Shown: in pieces, positions 21,391-33,299 of the stretch
How the letters are laid out: each line of letters opens with the position of its first letter
How positions within the stretch are numbered: position 1 is the first letter of the stretch
Source of the DNA: Octopus bimaculoides
Taxonomy: Eukaryota
Direction: 5' to 3'
Length of the DNA: 33,299 nt
NCBI RefSeq assembly: GCF_001194135.2
Contig: NC_068981.1
Location: 197,519,498-197,552,796 of the forward strand
Position numbers and translations under genes: made by a program
Notes under the pieces: model-generated
Databases searched by the model: none
Told to the model about the DNA's origin: nothing
What the model saw: the letters and a program-made list of their open reading frames with translations, nothing else

Positions 21391-24070
21391 CTGTATCTAC
21401 GAAACGGAATCATTCAGCTGCTTTCTCCAATCCACCAATCCCTGCTCTCTTCAGGTTTCTGAAGTCTGATGCCAGCCACCCGAGACATCCAAGTTCTAGC
21501 TGTTCGTCCACAATACCCTTTCTCTTCTTGAAGTGTTGTACATTGTCACCCTCGTGTCTTACACGATTCCATAAAACCTATGTATTCTAAACGTTTCCCT
21601 TCATAAATCCACTGGATTTTACTTTCCCAAACCACCGTCAACTCACCAGGAAGGAAATTTCCTGTCAAATGATATCCTGCCATGATCTCCTCAGAGTGTT
21701 GTTTCATTATTACAACATGTCTTAAACATTTCCTTCTTATCCGACTCCGCCATAAAGCACTGGTTCGGGAACGGAGTTTGCTTCGGGAACGAAGTTTGCT
21801 TCGGGGATGCAAACCCAGGCCGAGAATTCTTACAATTACGGTTATGTTTATTTTTATTTATTTATGTTCTTGATTCTTTGCGAAGAAATCTAATTCAAGG
21901 TACTTTTAACAGACCACTTTTTACTCTCTGTTTTCTAAACCTGAGAAAAGTAAGTAGGGGTGCAAATTTTGATTCTGCATCCCACAAACGTTTTAGGGGC
22001 TGCAAGTTTTACAGATTTTTACAATTCCAGTGAGGGATTGGATCTGTAGTCTTCCAATTAGCTTTCTTCTTCTTGGCTTTGAGAAACCTAATTTCTCAAG
22101 ATTGGTATTTAGGCAGTGTATTGCACATCCCAGAAACCCAATAATTACTGGTTATGTATGTATGTATGTATGTATGTATGTATGTATGTATGTATGTATG
22201 TATGTATGTTTGAACGTATGTATATATATATATATATACATATATGTATATATAACTTGTATTTCTTATGCATATGCATACCCTCTTGTTTCATGTGTCC
22301 CTCCTTCCCTCCCTCTCACTCTATAAATTTATTTCTTCGTAGCTGCCCTTAAAATTTTGGTTGTTGTTTTGGCGGGGTGGATAATCCCTGCTTGTGGTAG
22401 TGTTTGCGTAGACTTGCTGCTGGTAGTGGATATCCAGCGGAAATGGCATTCTCGCCATTCAAATTCAGAAACAAGTTTCAATAGAACAATTGATTTCTCA
22501 TCGATCTTCTGGAGGTGATCGATGAATAAATAGTAACGTCATTATTCTCTCTTCCAAATATCACACATACGACGTCTGTTCATTGTTGGAACTCTTTAAA
22601 CAACTTCACTGACGGCAGGCAACGGTGTCTGATTTGCTAAAACAAAGAAAATTTACATAATCTAATGTAGTGAAACATTTGACGGTGCTTTGACTGCTAT
22701 TTCTAGCAGTTAAAGGGAGTTTTCAATTCAAAAAATATTTGTAAATGCTGAAATTTAATGAATGATTAATTAATTTTCCAAAAACTAATTTTCTTGTTTA
22801 GTTAAAAACTTTAATTCTAATTACAATATCTTCTGTAACTCCCAATGAAAAATAGACTGGAGAGCGGATGTGGCAAGCCGTATAATTAAGAGATTCGTTT
22901 CGCAGCCACACAGTTCCAGCTCGATTGCAGTCTGCGAGAACTCAGGCATGGGAATTCTACTATAGCTTCACACAAAATATACGTAAGATATACACACACG
23001 TTTTTCTCTCTTTCTACCTCTCCCTCCCCTCTCTTTCCTCTTCTCCATGTACCGTCGGTAAATATCTAAAGTAAAATCAAAATGAAATATGGAAACGATT
23101 GACGTAAAAAGGACGAATAAGCAAGGAAATCCTCTCATCAGCCATGGAGACTAGATTTGGCACAGTTTCAACGCGTTGGAAGTTCAGGGACTTTAAATTC
23201 CATGGCACCATTCCCCTTGTTGCGCCAATGACACAGGATATCAGTGAGATGATGGGTGTACAAAGTCTAAATGTGGAGGATAATATACAAAGTGAGAAAG
23301 TTGCGAACAGAGGCAAATAACGCTACGTATGTGTGTGTGTATGTCCGTGTGTGTGTATGTCCGTGTGTGTGTATCCACATAACAGTGTATATATGTCTAT
23401 ATATATATANNNNNNNNNNNNNNNNNNNNNNNNNNNNNNNNNNNNNNNNNNNNNNNNNNNNNNNNNNNNNNNNNNNNNNNNNNNNNNNNNNNNNNNNNNN
23501 NNNNNNNNNNNNNNNNNNNNNNNNNNNNNNNNNNNNNNNNNNNNNNNNNNNNNNNNNNNNNNNNNNNNNNNNNNNNNNNNNNNNNNNNNNNNNNNNNNNN
23601 NNNNNNNNNNNNNNNNNNNNNNNNNNNNNNNNNNNNNNNNNNNNNNNNNNNNNNNNNNNNNNNNNNNNNNNNNNNNNNNNNNNNNNNNNNNNNNNNNNNN
23701 NNNNNNNNNNNNNNNNNNNNNNNNNNNNNNNNNNNNNNNNNNNNNNNNNNNNNNNNNNNNNNNNNNNNNNNNNNNNNNNNNNNNNNNNNNNNNNNNNNNN
23801 NNNNNNNNNNNNNNNNNNNNNNNNNNNNNNNNNNNNNNNNNNNNNNNNNNNNNNNNNNNNNNNNNNNNNNNNNNNNNNNNNNNNNNNNNNNNNNNNNNNN
23901 NNNNNNNNNNNNNNNNNNNNNNNNNNNNNNNNNNNNNNNNNNNNNNNNNNNNNNNNNNNNNNNNNNNNNNNNNNNNNNNNNNNNNNNNNNNNNNNNNNNN
24001 NNNNNNNNNNNNNNNNNNNNNNNNNNNNNNATGTATATATATATATATATATATACATATATATATGTGT

Positions 24071-24136
<66 letters not shown>

Positions 24137-24228
24137 AAATATATGCATATATCGCTTAGCCATTGCATGACTAATAATCTGGTGTAGAACTCAATATACT
24201 TATGTTTCAGAACAAAAGTATTAGATGA

Positions 24229-24267
<39 letters not shown>

Positions 24268-24270
<3 letters not shown>

Positions 24271-24408
24271 TTCTTATTCCTTTCTGTTGAAGAGCGTAGG
24301 CTCGAAACATAAACAATCTTCATTTTCTCGAGCGTCAAACTAATACATCTGTTTGTTGTTCATACACCTGTCTTCGTCTTTTGTTTTATCTGTAAATTTC
24401 AACTATAT
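24268..24408 (+). mobile_element. same repeat family, copy 4 (hammerhead-like motif 24280-24315, stem III mutated)
   Basis: CUUU-CUGUUGA-A-GAGC-GUAG-GCUC-GAAAC-AUA; the remainder is the reverse complement of copies 1-3. Confidence 0.7.
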
Positions 24409-24479
24409 ACATACATACATACACACATACATGCATATATATATATATTACGCAGAATTGAAAATAATACTCATTTTAA

Positions 24480-25150
24480 CAGATATATTTTAACAGATAT
24501 ATTTACCAAAATTACATAAAATTATCTTGAAATACTAAAGAGTAAATTTATTCAGTAAAATCGCCATTGGCTTCAGCCATGGCCTCCAGAGGACTACGGA
24601 ATCCCCTGCAACTCTTCTGGACTTATTTAAGTTGGTGAATCCTGCCATAATCCTTGCCTTCAGTTCATCTTTGGTGTTACAAGGAGTTTTGTTGGTCTCT
24701 CGCTCAACTGCACCCCACACATAATAATCCAGGGGGTTGCAGTCTGAAGAGTTAGGTGGCCAAATGTTAGGGGTGATGTGGTCGCAGAAATTGTCTGACA
24801 GCCATGACTGGGTTCTTCTGCTTGTGTGGCATGGTGGAGAGTCCTGTTGCCAGACATAGGGTCTTCCAGCAGCCACCCTCTTGACCCAGGGCAGCACTAC
24901 CTCTTCCAGGCACTTGATGTAGGCCACCGTGTTGAGTCTGTGGCCGTGTGGGAAGATGAATGGAGGCATAACGTCGCCATCACTAGTGACCACTCCAAAC
25001 ACCATGGTGTTGACTGAATGTTTGATTCTTATCACTCTCGGTACATGTCTTAAGATTGCACTGTCCTTAGATTGACACCCAAACACTCTGAAATGTTCAC
25101 AGTGGAGCTTCCAGCACGAATGCCAAGCAGTACAGCTTGTCATTTCCAAA
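24480..25150 (-). mobile_element. maT/DD37D Tc1-mariner transposase 3' half, degenerate
   Basis: VFGVVTSDG..QQDSPPCH..WPPNSSDCNPLDYYVWG: 37 residues counted between the second and third Asp. Ends EAMAEANGDFTE* after a frameshift. Confidence 0.9.
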
Positions 25151-25232
25151 TTTCTGGCGGAGTTAATTGTATCTTGGTGCTGTATTTCTGATAGACGGTG
25201 CCCAACTGACCCTACTATGCTGTGTGGTCGAC

Positions 25233-25412
25233 AAAATGTTTATTATTTATTCCCCATTGCCCACGTTTCATTTGCTAATAGGAGCTACAAAGTTGTACAT
25301 GTAGGTGAAGCGTGTAAGGTATCTCCTAGTAGAAATTTTTTATTCAGAAAATGAAATAATATTTCATTAGCAAATGAAAGTGCAATGGGGAATAAATAAT
25401 AACAAACATTTT
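25233..25412. mobile_element. MITE-like element with ~47-bp inverted arms
   Basis: AAAATGTTT..ATTATTTATTCCCCATTGC..TTTCATTTGCTAAT is inverted at 25366-25412. Confidence 0.65.
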
Positions 25413-25742
25413 TCTAGTGTTGTGCTTTTATATAGAGTTACTTTGCAAAAAAATGTTTCTTAGAATTTTCAAATCCTGTGTATGCCTCACACAAATATAA
25501 CATCTACATAAAGATTAGAAATACTGAAATAAGCCGATGCAATTCAAGAGGTCACAGCTTGGATTTCTAACCTTATCTACATATTATATATCTATATAAT
25601 AATACAAATGATATGTGAGCATATGCATATATATATATATGTACATACCTACATCTACATCTATATATAGATGCATATCCGGGTACAGGATGTCAAAAAA
25701 TGGACTTTTTTTTACGGACAACAAAATGAACACATAGGAAAT

Positions 25743-25782
25743 ATATTATAATGGGGGAGGCCGGCCTCCCACATTATAATAT
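25743..25782. repeat. 40-bp near-perfect palindrome without spacer
   Basis: ATATTATAATG-G-GGGAGGCC|GGCCTCCC-A-CATTATAATAT, one mismatch. Confidence 0.9.
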
Positions 25783-25845
25783 TAACTGCTCTACATCATC
25801 TTAGAATGTGCTTCTCCGAATTTATGTTTTTCTACAAACAGTATA

Positions 25846-25890
<45 letters not shown>

Positions 25891-26023
25891 GTAATACTTT
25901 ATTTTAATCAGTGCTGCTTAATATACTTCTAATTTGTGTGTATATATATATAAAGAGAGAGACAGATACAGACCGAGAGACAAAGAGAGGGAGTGAGACA
26001 TAGAGAGAGAGACAGAGAGAGAC

Positions 26024-26064
<41 letters not shown>

Positions 26065-27429
26065 GGGAGAAATTATAATGGACATGCAAAAAGAGAAAAA
26101 AAGAATGTGAATAGAAGGAAAGAAGCAGGAAGTAGGTGAAGAAGTGGCGAACGTCGAAGCCGGAGGAAGAATGAACGATCTCCTCGTTAGGTTATCGTTT
26201 ATATAATGGCAGCTGGCTGGAAAAGATGGATTGGAATAAATTCTCTATAATAGTATCCAATTTGCTGTAGATTCCTTCCTACGGACTCTGTGAAATGAGA
26301 TAAGTATTCAAAGTATTTAGCAATGTTCTACACATCAAGTGCAATCGTTTGCAACAGCTGCAACAATGCATCGTCGATGCAATAATTTTAATTTCTCATA
26401 CAGTAGAATGAAGTATTCCTGACGTCACTTCAACCTTGAATGTCGTCTGTTTCTGAGATTTTCTAGAATGGTTTCCCTTTCAATGCGCATGTCACTCGAT
26501 TCCATGAATTGCACTTTGTTATCGCCATTTCAGTTTTAAATATTCAGGCTGTGAAAATATCTTCTTTTTGGCAATGTTTTGGAATATAAATTGGTTTCAT
26601 AATGATAGCATTGAGCGAGTGTCAGCCTCATTAAACAAGAAGATATTTTCATTGAACCATATTCGTGACCAGGTTTCGGTTTTAAATACTAACTGCTTCA
26701 CTTTCTTCGCTTCCTTCACGCCGTCATTGCATTTGTGAAAGACATAAATGCCAACATTTTCCATTTCCTAACGCTGTCGCAAAAAGAACAGAAAAACCAT
26801 TGTATCAAAAGTTCTTTGAAACATTCTGATGAAAAACAGACCTGTTCTAGTTGCATGAAGAGGAATCTTTGTAATGTAACAGCATTAACATCAACAATAG
26901 CAGCAGCAACCGGTCGACGAGATGCTTTCTTTGAATTTTTCAATAAAAGGTCGAAATCCTGGGACTGAACGTCAACAAAATAACTCTGTGCCAAACGATC
27001 GTTACTCTAAAGACTGAAGGAAGTTACCGTCCCTTTGCCTTTCCTAGACTCCATTAACCTTTGTCTCTAAGCCTATATTTCTCTGCCTTCATTGCAAACA
27101 TAAATTTAATCAATCGAATTGTATTCTGACCGTCTAAATAAAGCATATTACTCTACCTCTGGTATTTGAGTACTATTTTTCCCACATTGTTGCACATTTT
27201 ATGTGCTTACTCCAGTANNNNNNNNNNNNNNNNNNNNNNNNNNNNNNNNNNNNNNNNNNNNNNNNNNNNNNNNNNNNNNNNNNNNNNNNNNNNNNNNNNN
27301 NNNNNNNNNNNNNNNNNNNNNNNNNNNNNNNNNNNNNNNNNNNNNNNNNNNNNNNNNNNNNNNNNNNNNNNNNNNNNNNNNNNNNNNNNNNNNNNNNNNN
27401 NNNNNATATATATACATATATATATATAT

Positions 27430-27714
27430 GACGGACTCTGCCGTCGAAGACGACGTATAACGACGAACGATCTGCACAAATGATTGGTTTACAGAGATCA
27501 AATGCATGTGCCGCACATTAGCTCACTCTCTCCATCAAATCGACGTGTTGTCTGAACTGGTCCACAAGTGTGCCACGCGTCAGGTGTCGAAGTCACCGCA
27601 GAGCTACGTGAGATGAAGTGTTTTGCTCAAGAGTACAACGCACCGCCCGGCCAAGGAATTGAAACCACGATCTCACGATCGCGACTCCAATACTCTAACC
27701 GCAAAGCCATGCGC
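27430..27714 (-). mobile_element. tRNA-derived SINE, third family
   Basis: Minus strand GCGCATGGCTTTGCGGTTAGAG (A box) and GGTTTCAATTCC (B box), then TTGAGCAAAACACTTCATCTC (CORE-like). Confidence 0.65.
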
Positions 27715-27777
27715 AAACACACACACGCATACACACGTAACATATACAATATATGTATATATATATATATATATATA

Positions 27778-28250
27778 CTAGCTGACGTACCGGGTAAAAT
27801 CCCGGTAAAGCAGGACTTATCCTTTGGTTCCGTTCTCATAATTGTTTCGCTAATCCAATAACAACAATACAAGGTATGTAACCCTTAAAACGGTTTTTGT
27901 GCATTTACAGAGAATACCGAACTGTCTTACACAGGATCTTGTTTTTAGGAATTCCCAATAAGTTATGAATACACAAATTGTGAAGTCAGTTATGTAATAA
28001 CATGAAATTAATTACCCGACAGTGTAAGAATTTAGAAGAAAGTAGCCCCGAAAAGGGCTTTAATGCATTCCCAGAGTATATAGAACTTAGGAGGAAATAT
28101 TAATAAGAAATGTATGCTAAAATGATGAAGCATGTTACGTAATAACAGGCGAATCAGATACGAGAGATAGTAACAATTCAAAGTAAATAACTCTGAAAAG
28201 GGCTTTTGTGCGTTCCCAGAGAACATTAGCCTCAAGGGCGCTAGTATTGG
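27778..28250 (-). mobile_element. Helitron-like non-autonomous element; 3' end defined, 5' end uncertain
   Basis: Minus strand TACCGGG-ATTTTA-CCCGGTA hairpin, then CGTCAG-CTAG|T, the canonical Helitron 3' terminus. Internal motif AAAAGGGCTTT..TGC.TTCCCAGAG recurs near 27885, 28050 and 28195. Confidence 0.55.
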
Positions 28251-28265
28251 TATTGCTGAATAAAT

Positions 28266-28903
28266 CAGTCCCAGAGCTTATCTTTTATTCTATCAGTCTC
28301 TTTTTGCCTAACTACTAAGTTACAGGGAACGTGAACAAGTCAACAACGGTTGTCAAGCGATGGACGAACACAAACACAAACACACATACATAAACATACA
28401 TCAAAATTATCAAAGTTACATACATACATAATCATAAACATATATACATACATACATTCATACATACATACACACATACATACACACACACATACATACA
28501 TACATACATACATACATACACACACATATATACTTACATACACACACACATACATACATACATACATACATACAAAAATAATACATACTCACGCACACAT
28601 CCATATAAAGATGAAAGATAACGACATGTACACACAGACGCATTCATACACACACACAGACACACACACACACACACACACATACACATACACACGTGGA
28701 TGTGTGTCTCCTTAGAACTCACTGTTCCATAAATAAAGTATTTCTCTAGAATCATTTATCGAACACACTATTTCACCTCCACCCTCCCCTAAAATTTATG
28801 GCTATAGTAGAAGACACTTGCCGAAGGTGCCACGCAGTGGGACTGAAGCCGGAACCATGTGATTGGTAAGCAAGCTAATTACCACACAGCCACTTCTGCA
28901 CCT
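28266..28903 (-). mobile_element. second copy of the same SINE: head 28800-28903, body 28266-28385, separated by expanded (CATA)/(CA) and other sequence
   Basis: Head nearly identical to 17470-17570; body aligns with 17240-17370. Confidence 0.7.
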
Positions 28904-30920
28904 ATATATATATATANNNNNNNNNNNNNNNNNNNNNNNNNNNNNNNNNNNNNNNNNNNNNNNNNNNNNNNNNNNNNNNNNNNNNNNNNNNNNNNNNNNN
29001 NNNNNNNNNNNNNNNNNNNNNNNNNNNNNNNNNNNNNNNNNNNNNNNNNNNNNNNNNNNNNNNNNNNNNNNNNNNNNNNNNNNNNNNNNNNNNNNNNNNN
29101 NNNNNNNNNNNNNNNNNNNNNNNNNNNNNNNNNNNNNNNNNNNNNNNNNNNNNNNNNNNNNNNNNNNNNNNNNNNNNNNNNNNNNNNNNNNNNNNNNNNN
29201 NNNNNNNNNNNNNNNNNNNNNNNNNNNNNNNNNNNNNNNNNNNNNNNNNNNNNNNNNNNNNNNNNNNNNNNNNNNNNNNNNNNNNNNNNNNNNNNNNNNN
29301 NNNNNNNNNNNNNNNNNNNNNNNNNNNNNNNNNNNNNNNNNNNNNNNNNNNNNNNNNNNNNNNNNNNNNNNNNNNNNATATATATATATATATATACATG
29401 TGTGGATGTGTATGCACCTATATACGCATATGTGTCTGTGTGTTTATGTGGCTGATATTATATATGTGTATAAGTGTGTGTCGGTATGTGTGTATATATG
29501 TGTATGTGAAAGTGTATGAGACTGTGTGTGTGACAGAGAGAGAACATTTTGTAATTATATGAATCTGTGTGTGTGTGTATGTGTGTGTGTGTATGTGTGT
29601 GTGTGTTTGTTGTGTGTGTGTGTTGTGTTTAATTATGTATGAGCAGTGTATGAATATGTGGGCGTATGAGGCCTAGTATGATGTGGTTGTGTATGCTAGC
29701 ATGCGCGTAAGTATGTGTGTTAGATCGTGTGTCTGTGTTAGTATGTGTGTGAATGTAACTCCCTTTTAATGTATCAATTACCTGTGTGTGTGTGTGTGTG
29801 TGTGTGTGTAGCGCGTTTGTCTAACGCAATTGCAAATCATTGAAAGAAAATGCAAAGAAATCATTTTTAATATCGAAGCCATAAGAATGTCATTTGTGGA
29901 CGGGCGGTTTATCTGTAATATGACACATTAAAGTAAATTGGACACACAGACAGACACGTAGACACACATACACACACTACACGCATAGATAGACACACAA
30001 GTATACATACAAATATATATATATATATATTTTGATATATATANNNNNNNNNNNNNNNNNNNNNNNNNNNNNNNNNNNNNNNNNNNNNNNNNNNNNNNNN
30101 NNNNNNNNNNNNNNNNNNNNNNNNNNNNNNNNNNNNNNNNNNNNNNNNNNNNNNNNNNNNNNNNNNNNNNNNNNNNNNNNNNNNNNNNNNNNNNNNNNNN
30201 NNNNNNNNNNNNNNNNNNNNNNNNNNNNNNNNNNNNNNNNNNNNNNNNNNNNNNNNNNNNNNNNNNNNNNNNNNNNNNNNNNNNNNNNNNNNNNNNNNNN
30301 NNNNNNNNNNNNNNNNNNNNNNNNNNNNNNNNNNNNNNNNNNNNNNNNNNNNNNNNNNNNNNNNNNNNNNNNNNNNNNNNNNNNNNNNNNNNNNNNNNNN
30401 NNNNNNNNNNNNNNNNNNNNNNNNNNNNNNNNNNNNNNNNNNNNNNNNNNNNNNNNNNNNNNNNNNNNNNNNNNNNNNNNNNNNNNNNNNNNNNNNNNNN
30501 NNNNNNNNNNNNNNNNNNNNNNNNNNNNNNNNNNNNNNNNNNNNNNNNNNNNNNNNNNNNNNNNNNNNNNNNNNNNNNNNNNNNNNNNNNNNNNNNNNNN
30601 NNNNNNNNNNNNNNNNNNNNNNNNNNNNNNNNNNNNNNNNNNNNNNNNNNNNNNNNNNNNNNNNNNNNNNNNNNNNNNNNNNNNNNNNNNNNNNNNNNNN
30701 NNNNNNNNNNNNNNNNNNNNNNNNNNNNNNNNNNNNNNNNNNNNNNNNNNNNNNNNNNNNNNNNNNNNNNNNNNNNNNNNNNNNNNNNNNNNNNNNNNNN
30801 NNNNNNNNNNNNNNNNNNNNNNNNNNNNNNAAAAGGTGACATAAGAGCGTGTAGGGCTTTGGGTGTGTTGGGGCGTTTCTATTTCCTTGTCCATTATACT
30901 TGTGAATATGGATGTGATTG

Positions 30921-30976
<56 letters not shown>

Positions 30977-31625
30977 ACGCGCGCGCGCGTGCTTGTGTTT
31001 AATCTGCTCAGCCAATGTCGGACCAGTTGCCAGTTGTTAAAATTCGATATATTTGTCACGCACGATATTTCTAAGGGCCACGTCTACACCGCAGCACTTC
31101 TATGTGGACGGAAAGATAAACACAGAACATAATTGTGATTTATGAATATGCGGTAAAGAACAGGAGTTATGCAATCACGTCCGTTCGATTAACACTTCAG
31201 GTTAAAGTTCTGATGAAGCTAAAAGACGTTACAGTAACACTCACTGCTGGGTGCACGGTTGTTGGCAGCGGAAACAACTGTAAACCAAAGAATGTTACGA
31301 AATTCATGTTGTTTTTGTTATTTATTTATGACTATACATACACATACAGACACACACACACACACACACGCACACACACACACACGTATATACTCGTATA
31401 TGTATTTATGCATGTGATATATGTAAATGTCTGCATTTGTGGAGATATAGATGTGTATATAAGTATATGTATATATATATGGTGTATATATATACTTACA
31501 TACAGATACATACGCGCGCACACACACTCCTACACATACACACACACGCACACACACACATACAGGTGTTTTTACTCTTTTTATTAATGTATGAAGTTAC
31601 GAGCATATAGGTATGAGCATATATA

Positions 31626-32509
31626 CGTAATCTGATCAACAAGTATCTGAACTGTTGCCATAGTAACGAAGCTAAAGCACGCAGAGTGAGGCCGCTTGGT
31701 ACAGATTGATCTTGAACTCTGCTGTGCATGCACACCAAGCTTTAACATTCTGGCACATTTCTGCTGTTTACAGCATTGCTTTGAAGGAAGGTATGTAGCG
31801 TGTGATCGTCGCATTGACCGTGATAGAGAAAATGGAGCAGAGAATCAACATCAAAGTTTGCCAATACCTGTTCAGAACCCTACATAAAGTTTTAAAAAGG
31901 TTTTCACCATTCTCAACACAATCAATGAGATTTTATACAACTGAAACCCGAGTGTCCTTTTGGTCAGCTGAAAACAGTTTTGGCTCAAACTTGGGGGACA
32001 CGCGTCTCATACCCAAATCTTCAGTGATAATAGACTGAACTGAATTGTAACTAATCTGCACATCCTCTGGTAAATCACGGATGGTGATTCAACGATTTCC
32101 CCTCACATCTGCAAGTACATCTGCGATGGTTTTCTCAGTTCTGTTGGTTGCGGTTCTCCTAGAACGTTCGTCAATATCGACATTTTCGGCCATCTTGGAA
32201 ACGTCTGAACCACTCGTATACTTGTGTGCGGCTCATACACACCTCTCCATTCACTTTCTGCAATTTTGCGTCGGCCTCTGAGCAGGTGTCGCCATGACAA
32301 CTTTCTCTGTCATGGTCAATGCTACGATCACACGCTACACACGTTCCTTCCAAGCACTGCTGCAAACAGCGAAAGTGAGCTAGGACGTTGAAACTTAGTG
32401 CGCATGCACAGCAGAGTTCACGGTCAATCTTTGTGGAGCGGCTTCACTCTGTGTGCTTTAGCTTCGTTACTATGGCATCAGTCCGGATACTTATTGATCA
32501 GACCTTGAA
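31626..32509. mobile_element. two inverted 5' halves of one mariner family (plus copy 31626-31880, minus copy ~31880-32509)
   Basis: Both ends carry TCTGATCAA(C/T)AAGTATC(T/C)G(A/G)ACT and about 250 bp of shared 5' sequence. Plus copy reads MEQRINIK. Minus copy reads CMSRTQVYEWFRRFQDGR..DERS..ITEDLGMRRVSPKF. Confidence 0.85.
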
Positions 32510-32858
32510 TATACGTGTTTGTGTATGTGTGTGTGTGTGTTATATGTGTATGTGCGCATATGAATGCCTGTATCTGAGAAAGTGAGAAGAGAAGGGAGTG
32601 TTTGGTGAGTGAAGAGAGCAATGTTGGAAAAATGTGTAAATGTGTATAATTGAGTGTGAGAATAAACTGAGTGTGGATTTGAGCTGAGTGTGGAGTAGAG
32701 TTGAGTGTAGAGTCGAGTTGAGTGTGGAGTTTGAGTGAGTGTTGAGCAAATTTTGCATAAGCGTCTTTCGAGTGTATGTATTTGTGTTTTTTATTTGCTG
32801 AGTCTAGAGGAAGGGGCAGAGCCCTTAAACGTTGCAGGTATCTAGTGAGATTGATGTA

Positions 32859-32898
<40 letters not shown>

Positions 32899-33299
32899 TA
32901 AGGCTCAGTGTGTGCAAGTGCGCGTGTCTATTTGCAAGTGTATGATGGTGCATCTATGTGTGTGCGTATGCATGTGTGTGTGTGTGTGTGTGCTGTCATT
33001 GGTATGGGTTGTATCTATGCCAGAGAGAAAGAGAGAGAGGGAGAGCGAGAGAGAGTGGGGAGAAAGAGAGAGAGAGAGAGAAAGGAAGAATGAAGATAAG
33101 AAGAAAAATGTGTGAGAGAGGGGGTGGGAAGGAAAGAAAGAGTAAGGAAAAACAAGAGAAAGACGGAGTGTGGGGGAAGGAGGGATGAGCAGATATGTGT
33201 AGGGACGCGCGCGTGTGTGTGTGTGTGTGCGTTTCTGGGAAGGTGTGTTTGTGTATCAGATGCGCGTGTGCCTGTGTGTGCGTGGGTGGCCGTATGTGC

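Noticed and set aside
21400-21812. Minus-strand ORF region, possibly a LINE C-terminus
   Set aside because: No recognisable RT, endonuclease or zinc-knuckle motif; the RSKL repeats come from the 18-bp tandem repeat.
26716-26994. Overlapping 92-aa and 77-aa ORFs
   Set aside because: No motif, and a length expected by chance; region retained only as a non-coding candidate.
31210-31235. CTGATGA hammerhead-like heptamer (another near 26826)
   Set aside because: No stem II, no downstream GAAA and no stem I pairing.

Overview
Eukaryotic draft-assembly window: AT-rich, very microsatellite-dense, with seven N gaps. The SINE families and repeat landscape look like an octopus/cephalopod genome (inference from remembered repeat motifs, not a database result). 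It holds one clear protein-coding gene: a 227-aa Ras-superfamily GTPase of the Rhes/RASD/Di-Ras type on the minus strand (10426-11109). Its CDS is intronless and is preceded by a splice acceptor at 11249, so a 5' non-coding exon lies further right or outside the window. The rest is decayed mobile DNA: Tc1/mariner-superfamily transposase fragments (one verifiably DD37D/maT), several MITEs, tRNA-derived SINEs, four REL-endonuclease non-LTR retrotransposon 3' ends, a Penelope-like GIY-YIG fragment, a Helitron-type 3' end and a 40-bp minisatellite. The most notable signal absent from the ORF track is a set of eight type-I hammerhead-ribozyme-like motifs of the Penelope-associated kind. Two face outward in a 442-bp foldback, one ends the GIY-YIG element, four belong to a short repeat family with a shared non-canonical core (CUGUYGA), and one has a core deletion.
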